DNA of 64,000 nt from an uncultured bacterium (GCA_963713855.1 OY970209.1:1-64000); one strand, 5' to 3'; positions 43,012 through 53,233 are shown, numbered from the stretch's first letter. Translations and numbers: made by a program. The notes: generated by a model not told the origin, from the sequence alone.

Positions 43012-43911
43012 TCAATTTTTGCCCGTAAAAAGGGCGGCCCGTAGGCATGCTGAACGGGAAGAAGGGTTTGAAAGTCTCTCGGCGGCACTCGCTTTAATAA
43101 CCTTAGGAGTAAGCGTATCAAAAACATCTAGATGGGTACGAAAAAATTGTTTTACCATGCGGTCCTCTAAAGAATGAAAACTGATGCATACCAGTCTACC
43201 GCAAGGCCCTAAAACGCCCATACTTTGATTTAAAAGAGCATTAATATTGTTAAGTTCCCGATTAACGGCTATCCGGAGCGCTTGAAAAGCCTTGGTCGCA
43301 GGGTGAATCTTACTACCAGGCCTTTTTTTAATAACATCTAGAATAATGGAAACAAGCTGGCCTGTGGTTTTTATACGTTCGGTGCGGCGCGCTTCGGCAA
43401 CTTTTCGAGCTAAAGAACGAGCAAAGCGCTCCTGGCCGTATTCACTAAAAATATGATAGAGTTCGGCTTCAGTAGCCTTATTGACAATGTCGTAGGCAGT
43501 ATTGATTTGGTGGGCCGGAGACATGCGCATATCAAGCGGCGTATCATGGGAAAAAGAAAATCCCGCAGCTTCTTTAATTTGATAGGATGAAGTGCCAAAG
43601 TCCGCAAGGATGCCGTCAACCGAGGTAACACCCTTACGCTTTAAAAGAAGCTGCAATTGCGCAAAGTTACCCCAGAGTGGGGTAAATCTCTCTGGAAACT
43701 CAGCTTCCACTGCCGGTGCATTAAGCTCTAAAGCCGTAGTATCCCAGTCTATGCCAATAACAGTACATTGTGGCTGGCACTCAAGAATCGCCCTCGTATG
43801 GCCACCTCCGCCAAACGTCGCATCTACATAGAGGCCACCGGGCTTTGGGGCCAAATGCGTAAGCACTTCATTAACAAGAACGGGAACATGATACTCTTTT
43901 AGAAGCACCAC
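43012..43911 (-). CDS. rsmH: 16S rRNA m4C1402 methyltransferase
   Basis: HVPVL, DATFGGGGHT, PLDMRM, HPATKAFQALRIAVN, ISFHSLEDR. Confidence 0.97.
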   Translation of the reverse strand: MVLLKEYHVPVLVNEVLTHLAPKPGGLYVDATFGGGGHTRAILECQPQCTVIGIDWDTTALELNAPAVEAEFPERFTPLWGNFAQLQLLLKRKGVTSVDGILADFGTSSYQIKEAAGFSFSHDTPLDMRMSPAHQINTAYDIVNKATEAELYHIFSEYGQERFARSLARKVAEARRTERIKTTGQLVSIILDVIKKRPGSKIHPATKAFQALRIAVNRELNNINALLNQSMGVLGPCGRLVCISFHSLEDRMVKQFFRTHLDVFDTLTPKVIKASAAERLSNPSSRSACLRAALFTGKN

Positions 43912-43912
43912 A

Positions 43913-45301
43913 TCACTCCGTTATTTCATAGACAAGGTTTTCAAGCTCCATTGCTCGAGAACCTTTGACTAAAATAACGCATTCACGCTCTAATTTATCC
44001 TTCAAACAAGATAGCGCTTGTTTCCAGTTAGGTACTACTTGACAGGTTACATATGAAGGCATCGTTTTTTGAGCCCATTTTACATTTTCACCGACGAGCA
44101 CTACGTGCTGCAGCGAAGGAACCTTACGTAAAAAGCGTCCCAGTTGACGGTGCCAAAACGGCGCATTAACACCAAGTTCAAGCATGTCGCCCAAAACAGC
44201 AATTTTTTGACCCTTTTCCTCGATTTTTTCAAAAGCGAGTAAAGCGGCTTTCATACTTTCAGGACTTGCGTTATAAGAATCGTCAATCAAAACGCCTTTA
44301 CGTGCTTTAATTGGACGTCGCTCAAACCTACGTGCTACAGTGTCTATTGTTTTTAGCCCTTCCACAATTGACGAAGGTGAAACACCAACTACATAAGCGG
44401 CTGAGCATGCGGCAAGACCGTTAAGGATAGGTCCCATATGATTTGTTGGCATTGAAACTCTAAAACGCTCTCTGTAAAGCTTGAGTATAAAATGGGTTTG
44501 GGCACCCTGAACCTGAATCTTGCGTGCTTGGATTTGGTTGGTCATTTTACAGCCAAATTTGATAATAGGATGCGTGTAGGAGATCATCGTTAAAAGTGGC
44601 TGATCTCCGTTAACGATACCAATGCTGTCTTCCTTAAAGAATTTAAATATATCGCGCTTTTCACTTGCTATATCGTTAATAGATCCCAAGCCCTCCATGT
44701 GACTGTGGCCTATTGCTGTAATAATAGCAGTTGTAGGTCTTACAAGTTGAGCAAGTTCAGCCATTTCGCCCCTCTTACTAATACCCATTTCAAAGATTGC
44801 AATAGTGTGTTGATCGTTCATTTTAAGAATGTTGAGCGATACTCCAAGCAATGTATTTTGATTTCCGGAGGAAGCTAAACAATTTTTGCCACTTTTACGA
44901 AGAATGTGAGCAAGCATTTCTTTGGTTGTCGTTTTGCCAACAGATCCGGTAATCCCAATAACAGGATAGGTAAATTTTGCGCGCCACGCCGTCGCTAAAG
45001 TTACGATATCTTTAGCTACATTAGGTAAGCAAACAATCGTTAATGTATCTTTCGTTTTTGCTTGAATTTTACGTAAGCAGTCCTTTTGATCAAGTGATAT
45101 AATAAGGCCAACTGCACCCTTGCTAATCGCTTCTTCAATAAAATCGTGCCCATCTACACGACCGCCTTTAAGCGCCACAAAAAGCTCCCCCGGACGTAAA
45201 TCGCGCGAATCTACAACCAAAGAAGCATCGGGTGGAAAATCCACACCGTAAAATAATGCTTCGGGAACAATAGTCTTTATAAATTCTCTATTAAAGTGCA
45301 T
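43913..45301 (-). CDS. murF: UDP-MurNAc-tripeptide:D-Ala-D-Ala ligase
   Basis: DSR, DGHDF, GITGSVGKTTTKE, DDSYNASPESM, LGDMLELG, LVKGSR. Confidence 0.95.
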   Translation of the reverse strand: MHFNREFIKTIVPEALFYGVDFPPDASLVVDSRDLRPGELFVALKGGRVDGHDFIEEAISKGAVGLIISLDQKDCLRKIQAKTKDTLTIVCLPNVAKDIVTLATAWRAKFTYPVIGITGSVGKTTTKEMLAHILRKSGKNCLASSGNQNTLLGVSLNILKMNDQHTIAIFEMGISKRGEMAELAQLVRPTTAIITAIGHSHMEGLGSINDIASEKRDIFKFFKEDSIGIVNGDQPLLTMISYTHPIIKFGCKMTNQIQARKIQVQGAQTHFILKLYRERFRVSMPTNHMGPILNGLAACSAAYVVGVSPSSIVEGLKTIDTVARRFERRPIKARKGVLIDDSYNASPESMKAALLAFEKIEEKGQKIAVLGDMLELGVNAPFWHRQLGRFLRKVPSLQHVVLVGENVKWAQKTMPSYVTCQVVPNWKQALSCLKDKLERECVILVKGSRAMELENLVYEITE

Positions 45302-45466
45302 GGATGTTCTCCACTGAAGTTTTACATGCTCACACTAGTACGACGTACAACAATGATCTCATTTTGAACATTTGTCAAGAAACAACTTAAAAAGGTCTAA
45401 ATTACTCAACAATTGCTCTTAAGTTTCTTTTTTAGAATGTTGGTTAATGCTCGCTAATCCAGACCT

Positions 45467-46099
45467 TTATTCGTTTTTTTGCATAGTTACCTCATAGAGT
45501 AATTCTTCAATCGTTTTTTGCTGATGGAGTGATACTCGCTTCTTTTTTTTAGGGCTTATGGTTCCTTTTAATTTATAAAAATGTTCTATAGCTTCACGTG
45601 CTTTTGTGTGCAGACGAACATACCTAAATGGAAAAATCAGTGAGAGAGAAATCATCCATAAGAATGAAATAACGATATGCTCGACAGTCGGATCGCCTAG
45701 AAAATGTATAAGCTGCTTTATCCATTGACCAAAAACACCCCCCGGCGCTATGCAAGGTACGTAATCGCAATTACTAAACGCGGCATACGTTAAAACCGTA
45801 AAAAGAATAACGAAATACTGCACGCACAGAGAAAAAAGGGCGCGAGACGAGTATCCTTTATATGCATAAAAGCCCATAGTGAGCCACATACAAAGAAAGA
45901 TCCAAGCAGCAGCACCTCCCATATAATATACTAAAAAACTCGAAGACCATGCACCGCATGCCCCAAGTTTGTTACAGTATACCCCTTGAAAAAGCGTATC
46001 TTCGTACGCCCATCCCTTATCTTTGGGGACAAAAAAAGCGAGCGATGCTATGAGATACACTATCACGCTTGAAAAAAATCCTAAAAAAATCTGCCTCAT
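45467..46099 (-). CDS. Membrane protein resembling the N-terminal 4TM domain of FtsK, without a motor domain
   Basis: TM1-P-x-D-x-x-W...N-x-x-G-x-x-GAW...GG-x-x-G pattern typical of FtsK_4TM; ends after 210 aa. Confidence 0.6.
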   Translation of the reverse strand: MRQIFLGFFSSVIVYLIASLAFFVPKDKGWAYEDTLFQGVYCNKLGACGAWSSSFLVYYMGGAAAWIFLCMWLTMGFYAYKGYSSRALFSLCVQYFVILFTVLTYAAFSNCDYVPCIAPGGVFGQWIKQLIHFLGDPTVEHIVISFLWMISLSLIFPFRYVRLHTKAREAIEHFYKLKGTISPKKKKRVSLHQQKTIEELLYEVTMQKNE

Positions 46100-46909
46100 G
46101 AGTTCATTCCCTAATCGCGTTGCCTGAAAATACTACAAGCTTTACAAAAAGTGCAAGATAGACTGCTTAATACAAGCTTAAAAACGTGGGTAAAAAAAGC
46201 GCGAGGAGTGCAAATAACGAAAGATCCAGAAATCCTCGCACCATAAAAAAGCACTTATTATAAGCACTTATACTCCAAAAACTACGAGCTCCGACGATAA
46301 CTACGATGCCCATTTAATGACATGCAATAAACCATGGTTGAAAAATATCCGCATATTATACATAAAACTAATTTTAATAAAACGACTTGCCGCGGATTGC
46401 ATTTTTAAAAAGAAAACGTGGCCATTTGAGCCGGAAAATAAGCACAATTATAGAGTAAGTCAATGTAAAAGGTGCTTATAGACCTTCGGCAAAGTTAAAA
46501 GTGACTTATTAAAGAAGTGCGATACCTTTTCTAATAGCCGCAGGTGACCTGAGCTACTCGCTGGTAATGATACTGTAACGATTTGAACAAAGGTAAAAAG
46601 AAAAAAATCAAACGTAGACATCAGCCGTATCCTTATGTATCTTGAGCAAAAGCTTGATCTCGTAAGAGAATAATTATATATAAATACATGAATGATCTTG
46701 AGAATATTCTAAGATTAACTGTTGCAATCTCAAAATCTTTTGACTAAATTAAAGACCGACGCAAATTATGTTCAATAAGCAAAGGGTTAGCTTATAAAGA
46801 GGAAGGGGGTATAAAAGATTAAGGTACAGCAAACGAAAATTAACTTTAGCATATCGGTTGTTCTCGATTCAGGAGTAATCGAGTTAAGTCATACATAGGG
46901 AGTAATTTA

Positions 46910-48820
46910 ATGAAACAATTGATCAAACAGTCCTTATCCTTGTTACTGTTGCTCTCCGCTTCAGTAGCTTTGGGTAATACTGACAGTAGTTTTGATGAAG
47001 ATGAAGGCAGCGATGAGTCTTCAGAAACGGCAAGTTCGGGTACCTCAACCGGCACCGACACCGAAGATAATGAGGGTGGCCGCCATCATAATAAATGCAG
47101 AAATGGTCATCACGGCTGCCGCACAAGCCTTTTCCTTCCACGTCCTCAATTTCTAAACTCTGCTCGCTTCTTTAATCCATTCTGGTATGGACGCGATGCT
47201 GAGTACCCATGCTTCAACATCGATTTAGGCTTTAGGTTTAGGCAATCCAGACACGAAGAGCGCATCGCTGAGTGTCTTTTTGGCAGAAATCGTATAGTCT
47301 TTACGGGAAGCGCAGTTCCAAACCAGAAGCGTGATAGCTTCGAGTTTGAAGGCGATCAACTTGGCTTATCACCATCCTACCGTGGTAGCGTACTCTTCCG
47401 TCCAAAAATTCGTGACTACATGTTCGATTTCGACTTACGTTGGGATGTGGGTAGCATGTTCGACTGGTGTGAAGGCGCTTACTTCGGCTTGAGAGGTACC
47501 GCTGTTCAATCACGTTGGCGTCTTAACCCTTGCATTGAGACAACAGAATCAAGCTCAATCGTTACCTTCAGTGACTTTAACAATTGTGTAATGTCCAAAG
47601 ACAAAGCACATGCGACAACAAGCATTGAAACAGCGTTGAGTGGTGACTTCTTGTTTGGAAACATGCAAGAACGCTGGGAATGGGGCCGCTTCAATTTCCG
47701 TGATCGTGATAAACAACGCGATACCAAGCTTGCAAACATAGACATCATACTTGGTTATGATTTCTTACTTTGTGAAGACTACCACTTTGGTGCATTCTTC
47801 AGAGCTTCTGCTCCAACAGGTACCAAGCCAGATGCACGTGAAGTATTCCAAAATATAATTGGTAACGGACACCACTGGGAAGTTGGTGGCGGTATCGATG
47901 CTCACTATGACGTCTGGGATTGCGATGACCAAACACTTGGAGTTTACCTTAATGGTGTGATATCTCACTTATTTAAGGATACACAGTGGCGTTCATTCGA
48001 CATTAAACGCCCTCAGCATGGTCGTGGCATCTCTTGCTTAAGCCGTTACACACTCCTTAAAGAGTTTGACGCTGCTAATAGATTCACCGGTAACCTCATA
48101 AACGCTATCAACTTTGCAACTCGCAAAGTACGTTCATCGTTTAGCGTTCAAGGTGATGCGGCATTACGTCTTCTCTATAAGAGCTGTGGATGGGCTCTTG
48201 GCGTAGGTTATAACGTATACGGACGTACCAATGAAAAATTGGCAGACGTATGCAGAAATAACGACTGCTTCAATAGAAACAGAGGACGCTTCTTTGCTAT
48301 TAAGGGAGATCAACCTTACTGCTCATCGTCTTCTAGTAGTTCAACAGATACGTGTACCTTGGATAACACAACAGCAAGCAATTTCCGTCCTATAAACGGT
48401 CAAGGAACAGCTGCTGATGCGCAAACAAGACTTATACACTGTAGAGACTTGAACTTCGACGGAGCAAATGCTGAAAGGGCACGTAGAGATAATGATGACA
48501 CAACTTCAACATCGTCATCATCATCACAAACAAGCTCTAACACATCAAGCTCCAATACAAGCTCGGCAACTGGAACATCCACCGGCACAACTGAAACACG
48601 TGATGACAGAGATCACGCTGTTGAAGTTCACAGACGTGGCATTCCTAGCCAGCTTACTCACAAGATCTTTGCTACAATCGACTACGAAATGCAAGATTGC
48701 GGTGAGTGCCGACCATACATCGGTGTTGGCGGAGGCTATGAGTTTTCTCAAAAAGGTGACTGCCGTGTATGCACCCCAAGCTTCTGGGAAGTATGGGTAC
48801 GCACAGGCGTTAACTACTAA
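46910..48820 (+). CDS. Cys-rich outer-membrane beta-barrel-like protein (paralog family member 2) with Ser/Thr-rich inserts
   Basis: GGAG RBS, signal peptide, DTKLANIDIILGYDFL, APTGTKP, GNGHHWEVGGG, C-terminal WEVWVRTGVNY. Confidence 0.8.
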   Translation: MKQLIKQSLSLLLLLSASVALGNTDSSFDEDEGSDESSETASSGTSTGTDTEDNEGGRHHNKCRNGHHGCRTSLFLPRPQFLNSARFFNPFWYGRDAEYPCFNIDLGFRFRQSRHEERIAECLFGRNRIVFTGSAVPNQKRDSFEFEGDQLGLSPSYRGSVLFRPKIRDYMFDFDLRWDVGSMFDWCEGAYFGLRGTAVQSRWRLNPCIETTESSSIVTFSDFNNCVMSKDKAHATTSIETALSGDFLFGNMQERWEWGRFNFRDRDKQRDTKLANIDIILGYDFLLCEDYHFGAFFRASAPTGTKPDAREVFQNIIGNGHHWEVGGGIDAHYDVWDCDDQTLGVYLNGVISHLFKDTQWRSFDIKRPQHGRGISCLSRYTLLKEFDAANRFTGNLINAINFATRKVRSSFSVQGDAALRLLYKSCGWALGVGYNVYGRTNEKLADVCRNNDCFNRNRGRFFAIKGDQPYCSSSSSSSTDTCTLDNTTASNFRPINGQGTAADAQTRLIHCRDLNFDGANAERARRDNDDTTSTSSSSSQTSSNTSSSNTSSATGTSTGTTETRDDRDHAVEVHRRGIPSQLTHKIFATIDYEMQDCGECRPYIGVGGGYEFSQKGDCRVCTPSFWEVWVRTGVNY

Positions 48821-48838
48821 AGTCTGCTAAAGACTTAT

Positions 48839-48884
48839 AAAAAAAGAAGCTGCTTGTACTTCCCACAAGCAGCTTCTTTTTTTT
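48839..48884 (+). terminator. Strong, potentially bidirectional intrinsic terminator
   Basis: AAAAAAAGAAGCTGCTTGT-ACTTCCC-ACAAGCAGCTTCTTTTTTTT about 18 nt after the stop codon. Confidence 0.9.
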
Positions 48885-48970
48885 GTCATCATCTTGCTCG
48901 TCTTTTTCTGAAAGTTTTGAGACAATACTATCGTACAGTTTAAGCCTCGCTATAAAAAAGGAGCATCGAC

Positions 48971-50812
48971 ATGAATTGGCGTCTTTCAAAAAGCGTCTTA
49001 GCGCTGTCCTGTTTGACTAGTGTCCTCTTACAGCATCATCGCGCAGAGTCCGCATCCAAACAGCATTGCGCAAGCACACCAAGTAAAAGCCATTCATTTA
49101 TGTGCAGCGGTAGCGATTGCGAAGAAAGTATGTTTGACAACAACCAGGAAGTCCCCTGCAGGAATGCGTGTGAAAAAGCAGTAGGCAGTCTCTTCTTGCC
49201 GCGACCACAGGGACTTAACTCTGCAGTTTTTTTCGATCCCTTCTTATACGGTTGTCAAGAAGACTTACCTTGCTGGGCAGTGAACATAGGATATCGGTAT
49301 AGCCAAACATTTAGGAACGAACAGATTGCCTGTTGCCTTTTTGGCTCCGACCGCCTTAAGTTTGCGGGTAGCCAGACAACATCTAGGTCGAATGCGCTAA
49401 AGCTTTTAGCTGACAACTTTGGTCTGGCTCCAGATTTTAAAGGGCATGTACGCTTTAAGCCATCCATTAGAAACAACATCGTAGACTTTAGCTTTCGGCA
49501 TGAACTGAGAGATATAGCAGAGTGCTTATACGGGGCTTACGTTACTGTTAATGCATCCTTGGTCAATAGCGTTTGGAAATTGGGCGCTTGTGAAGCTGTC
49601 GAAACTACGACACCGCTCACTTTTTCATCGTTTCCTCCCTGTTACATGTCAACCATCAACACGAAGAATTCAATTGAAGCCGCCGGGGACCTCAATACCG
49701 CATTAAGTGGTGATTTTCTCTTTGGGGACATGCAATCGCAGTGGCGCTTTGGGCGGTTTGACCTTAATCACAATAGGCGAGACACTAAACTAGCAAATAT
49801 AGATTTCATTTTAGGCTACGACTTTTTAAGGTGCCCCTCATACCATTTTGGCGGCTTTTTAAAACTTGTGGCGCCAACAGGAACAAAACCTCGCGCCCAT
49901 AGAATTTTTGAAGCCATTGCCGGCAATGGTCACCACTGGGAATTGGGTGGCGGTATAGATGCTCACTATGAACTATGGGGTTGTGATGATCATTGCTTTA
50001 CTGCACACCTAAACGGTGGTCTTACTCACCTTTTTAAAAATACGCAATGGCGCACCTTCGACTTTAAAAGAAGCTCCAAGTTTCCTGGTACGTTAAGTAG
50101 ATATATACTTCTTGAAGAATTTACCGATACGCAAAACTATGCAAATAGGCTCATTAACGCTGTAAATTTCACCACCCAACGCATTAAATCCTCTTTTAAT
50201 ATTCAAGGGGATGCTGCCTTAAGAATCGTATATCGTTATTGCGGATTGGCTATAGGAGTCGGTTATAACGTATACGGACGCAGCAAAGAAAAGCTTAGCG
50301 AGCTTTCATTCAAATGCAATGAATTTAATAGGCGCCACTTTGGCATCAAAGGAGTTAATGGTGTTTGCGCTCTTGAATTCAAAGAAGGTGAAGGATTAAC
50401 GGACAATACAGTACCGCTTACGGCAACATCCAGCAAAGTCCGAGCGTTTCAAAACGCTAACTTGGTAAATCTCGTAGATAATCCAGTAAAACTCGAAGAA
50501 CCAATTTTCTTAAGCTGGCAAAGCCCAACTGATGCGGATACCCCTGCGGAGAACCTTATCATTGCTACGGATTCACAAGTGGATGGCCAGCCGGCTCCTG
50601 TATTTGTTACCAAAGAAGATATACGCTTTAGAGGCATTCCAGGCCAGCTTACACATAAAGTCTTTGCACATGTAGACTACGCTTGGGAATGTGAACTGGT
50701 AGCTCCTTATTTTGGTGTGGGCGGAGGCGTAGAATTTCCACATAACGGCGAATGCGCTTCATGTACAGCACATCAATGGGAAATATGGCTGCGTGGGGGC
50801 ATTTACTTCTAA
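48971..50812 (+). CDS. Cys-rich outer-membrane beta-barrel-like protein (paralog family member 3)
   Basis: AAGGAG RBS; shares SLFLPRPQ, ALSGDFLFG, DTKLANID, GNGHHWELGGG and GDAALR with 46910..48820; ends WEIWLRGGIYF. Confidence 0.8.
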   Translation: MNWRLSKSVLALSCLTSVLLQHHRAESASKQHCASTPSKSHSFMCSGSDCEESMFDNNQEVPCRNACEKAVGSLFLPRPQGLNSAVFFDPFLYGCQEDLPCWAVNIGYRYSQTFRNEQIACCLFGSDRLKFAGSQTTSRSNALKLLADNFGLAPDFKGHVRFKPSIRNNIVDFSFRHELRDIAECLYGAYVTVNASLVNSVWKLGACEAVETTTPLTFSSFPPCYMSTINTKNSIEAAGDLNTALSGDFLFGDMQSQWRFGRFDLNHNRRDTKLANIDFILGYDFLRCPSYHFGGFLKLVAPTGTKPRAHRIFEAIAGNGHHWELGGGIDAHYELWGCDDHCFTAHLNGGLTHLFKNTQWRTFDFKRSSKFPGTLSRYILLEEFTDTQNYANRLINAVNFTTQRIKSSFNIQGDAALRIVYRYCGLAIGVGYNVYGRSKEKLSELSFKCNEFNRRHFGIKGVNGVCALEFKEGEGLTDNTVPLTATSSKVRAFQNANLVNLVDNPVKLEEPIFLSWQSPTDADTPAENLIIATDSQVDGQPAPVFVTKEDIRFRGIPGQLTHKVFAHVDYAWECELVAPYFGVGGGVEFPHNGECASCTAHQWEIWLRGGIYF

Positions 50813-50839
50813 GACGTCGCTAAAAAACCAGGGAGGAGC

Positions 50840-51352
50840 TTATAGCTCCTCCTCTTGATAGATATTCTCAAACCCCTTGACCTTGCGAAGCCTTTCTAGA
50901 AGTTCTTTTACGCGTCGATCATATTCATCGCGGCGGGCCTGCATGCGTCGATTATTTTCGTTCCTAAACTCTTCTTGAAGTTCTTTCATCGCTCGCTCAC
51001 TTTCTTTCTTGGCCTCTTCTAGCTCTTTCATGCGTCGATCATATTCTTTAAAAGCACTGAAAGGCTCTTTATAAGGCTTTCCAGGCTTAAATTGCCCCTC
51101 AGTAGTGTCCCCCTCCCTATCAGTCAGCACAGCTTCAAATATGGCTTGGCCTTGGACAAATTCAGCATGTGCTTTTTTCGCGTCAACATCGCGTCTTTTG
51201 TCAGGGTGGCATGCTAAAACAAACCGCTTATATTCCTTATCAATCGTTTTAACAGAATCCGTTATAGATATCTTCGGATTCGCACAGTCCATCTGCAACG
51301 CATTCATCACGCTGGAAATCGCTAGAAACAAAAAAAACATAAGAGAATACAT
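50840..51352 (-). CDS. Signal-peptide J-domain (DnaJ-like) protein with coiled-coil tail
   Basis: IDKEYKRFVLACHPDKR...AHAEF; N-terminal hydrophobic segment. Confidence 0.75.
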   Translation of the reverse strand: MYSLMFFLFLAISSVMNALQMDCANPKISITDSVKTIDKEYKRFVLACHPDKRRDVDAKKAHAEFVQGQAIFEAVLTDREGDTTEGQFKPGKPYKEPFSAFKEYDRRMKELEEAKKESERAMKELQEEFRNENNRRMQARRDEYDRRVKELLERLRKVKGFENIYQEEEL

Positions 51353-51566
51353 ACTAAAAACTCCAAATTCCAGTTAATCATATTAATCTAACAAGCACAA
51401 ACAAAAATTGTCAATTATTTATTTCTAAATACTCAGAGATTAGAGATCATTCAGTTCTTTGATAAATAATGTCTATAAGTGCAACTTTGGAATGGATGGA
51501 GAGAGAACAGAAATGCTTTTAAGCAAAACTATGGTCGCGCTCCCTTTAAACGTTCTTACGAGAGTT

Positions 51567-51821
51567 TTAATTCACTATTCGCTTTTTATTAACAAGGTAC
51601 TCTATTACCTGATCTACCGTGTGGAGCTTTTCAGCATCTTCATCGCTCATTTCTACGCCGTACTGCTCTTCGAGCTTCATAACGAGTTCAACACGGTCTA
51701 GCGAATCGAGTCCTAAATCTTCAAATGTGCTTTTCGTATTAATAGCGCTGACAGGCTTATTAAGCTGCTCAGCCAGGACCGCTATAACTTCTTTGGCGAT
51801 GGTGTCGCGATTAGTTTCCAT
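51567..51821 (-). CDS. acpP: Acyl carrier protein
   Basis: DLGLDSLDRVELVMKLEE phosphopantetheine motif. Confidence 0.95.
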   Translation of the reverse strand: METNRDTIAKEVIAVLAEQLNKPVSAINTKSTFEDLGLDSLDRVELVMKLEEQYGVEMSDEDAEKLHTVDQVIEYLVNKKRIVN

Positions 51822-53224
51822 TACAACTCCTTAACGATAATTCGCAACCGCTTTAATACTTCATCTTTACCTAAAAGAGCCATGAGGCTATAGACGCTTG
51901 GGCTTTGTGTGCTACCAGTCAACAGAATACGTAAGGGCTGAGCAATTTCGGCAATTTTGAGATTATATCGCTCGCTTATTTTCTTAATAGCTTCTTGAGC
52001 AGCATCTATCGTTAAAGTATCAAGCGTTTCCAGTTTCTTGTAAAGCATTGTAAGGTACTCGAGAGCTTTAGGAGAAATATCATCAAGAAGCTGCGCACTA
52101 ACATTCGGTTTAGAAGAAAGAGCGATAACATACGCCGCGAGCTCACTCAATGTTTTACAGCGCTCTTGGTAAAGGGCTAAAGCATCCAGAACCTGTTCTC
52201 GGCCAAATTTGGAAACTCGTTTTAAAAAATCACCATCAACATCACGCACAATAAGCTCCAAAAGAGCTCTAGGCGTTCTTTGTTTGATGTAAAAAGCGTT
52301 TAACCATTCAAGCTTTTGAATGTCAAAGATGGCGCCTTTTTTACCAACACCGTCAAGCGTAAAGAGCTTAATTAACTCATCGGATGCAAAAACCTCTTGA
52401 TCACCATGTGACCACCCAAGACGAACTAAATAATTACGTAAAGCATCAGCAAGAAAACCAAGCCTACGATATTCTGAAACTCCGGTTACTGCATCCCTTT
52501 TACTTAACCGGTTCCCCGAAGGGCCTAGAATAAGCGAAAGATGCGCAAAGACCGGCACTTGAAATCCGCACGCCCTGTAAAGCATAAGCTGCTTAGGTGT
52601 GTTTGGAATGTGATCTTCACCTCGTATAACGTGAGTAATCCCCATATCAGCATCATCGACCACCACCACAAAATTATACATGGGCGTTCCATCCGAACGG
52701 GCAATAATAAAATCGTCAAACTGCTCTCTTTTGAAAGTAACGGCACCGCGAATAGCATCTTCAAATGTAATTTCTTGTAACTCATCAGGAATTTTAAAAC
52801 GTATGACATAGGGCTCGGATGCAATAGTGGGTTTTAAGCTACGGCACATGTTGTCGTACTGTACATAGCCCTCACCCTGAGCTGCATTTACGCCAAGGCG
52901 TTTTTCAAGCTCCTCAGCTGTGCAATAACACTTATACGCTTTGCCATTGTCAACAAGCTTTTGGGCAACCTCCTTGTGCCGCTCAATCTGTAAAGACTGA
53001 ATCACAAGAGGCTCGTCACTTTCTATGCCCATCCAACCTAGGGTATCAATGATAGCCTGAGTATATTCTGGCAAGGAACGTTCTAAATCGGTATCTTCTA
53101 TGCGTACAAGAAAGGTACCACCATTGTGGCGTGCAAAAAGCCAATTAAAAAGGGCCGTACGCAAATTTCCGATGTGCATATGCCCCGTAGGCGACGGTGC
53201 AAATCGGACACGAATAGGTACCAT
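51821..53224 (-). CDS. gltX: Glutamate--tRNA ligase
   Basis: RFAPSPTGHMHIGN, RIEDTD, IRGEDH, RLSKR. Confidence 0.97.
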   Translation of the reverse strand: MVPIRVRFAPSPTGHMHIGNLRTALFNWLFARHNGGTFLVRIEDTDLERSLPEYTQAIIDTLGWMGIESDEPLVIQSLQIERHKEVAQKLVDNGKAYKCYCTAEELEKRLGVNAAQGEGYVQYDNMCRSLKPTIASEPYVIRFKIPDELQEITFEDAIRGAVTFKREQFDDFIIARSDGTPMYNFVVVVDDADMGITHVIRGEDHIPNTPKQLMLYRACGFQVPVFAHLSLILGPSGNRLSKRDAVTGVSEYRRLGFLADALRNYLVRLGWSHGDQEVFASDELIKLFTLDGVGKKGAIFDIQKLEWLNAFYIKQRTPRALLELIVRDVDGDFLKRVSKFGREQVLDALALYQERCKTLSELAAYVIALSSKPNVSAQLLDDISPKALEYLTMLYKKLETLDTLTIDAAQEAIKKISERYNLKIAEIAQPLRILLTGSTQSPSVYSLMALLGKDEVLKRLRIIVKEL

Positions 53225-53233
53225 AAGCTTTCC

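Noticed and set aside
46100..46909. Long intergenic region as oriC or a riboswitch
   Set aside because: No cluster of TTATCCACA-type DnaA boxes and no riboswitch consensus recognised by eye.
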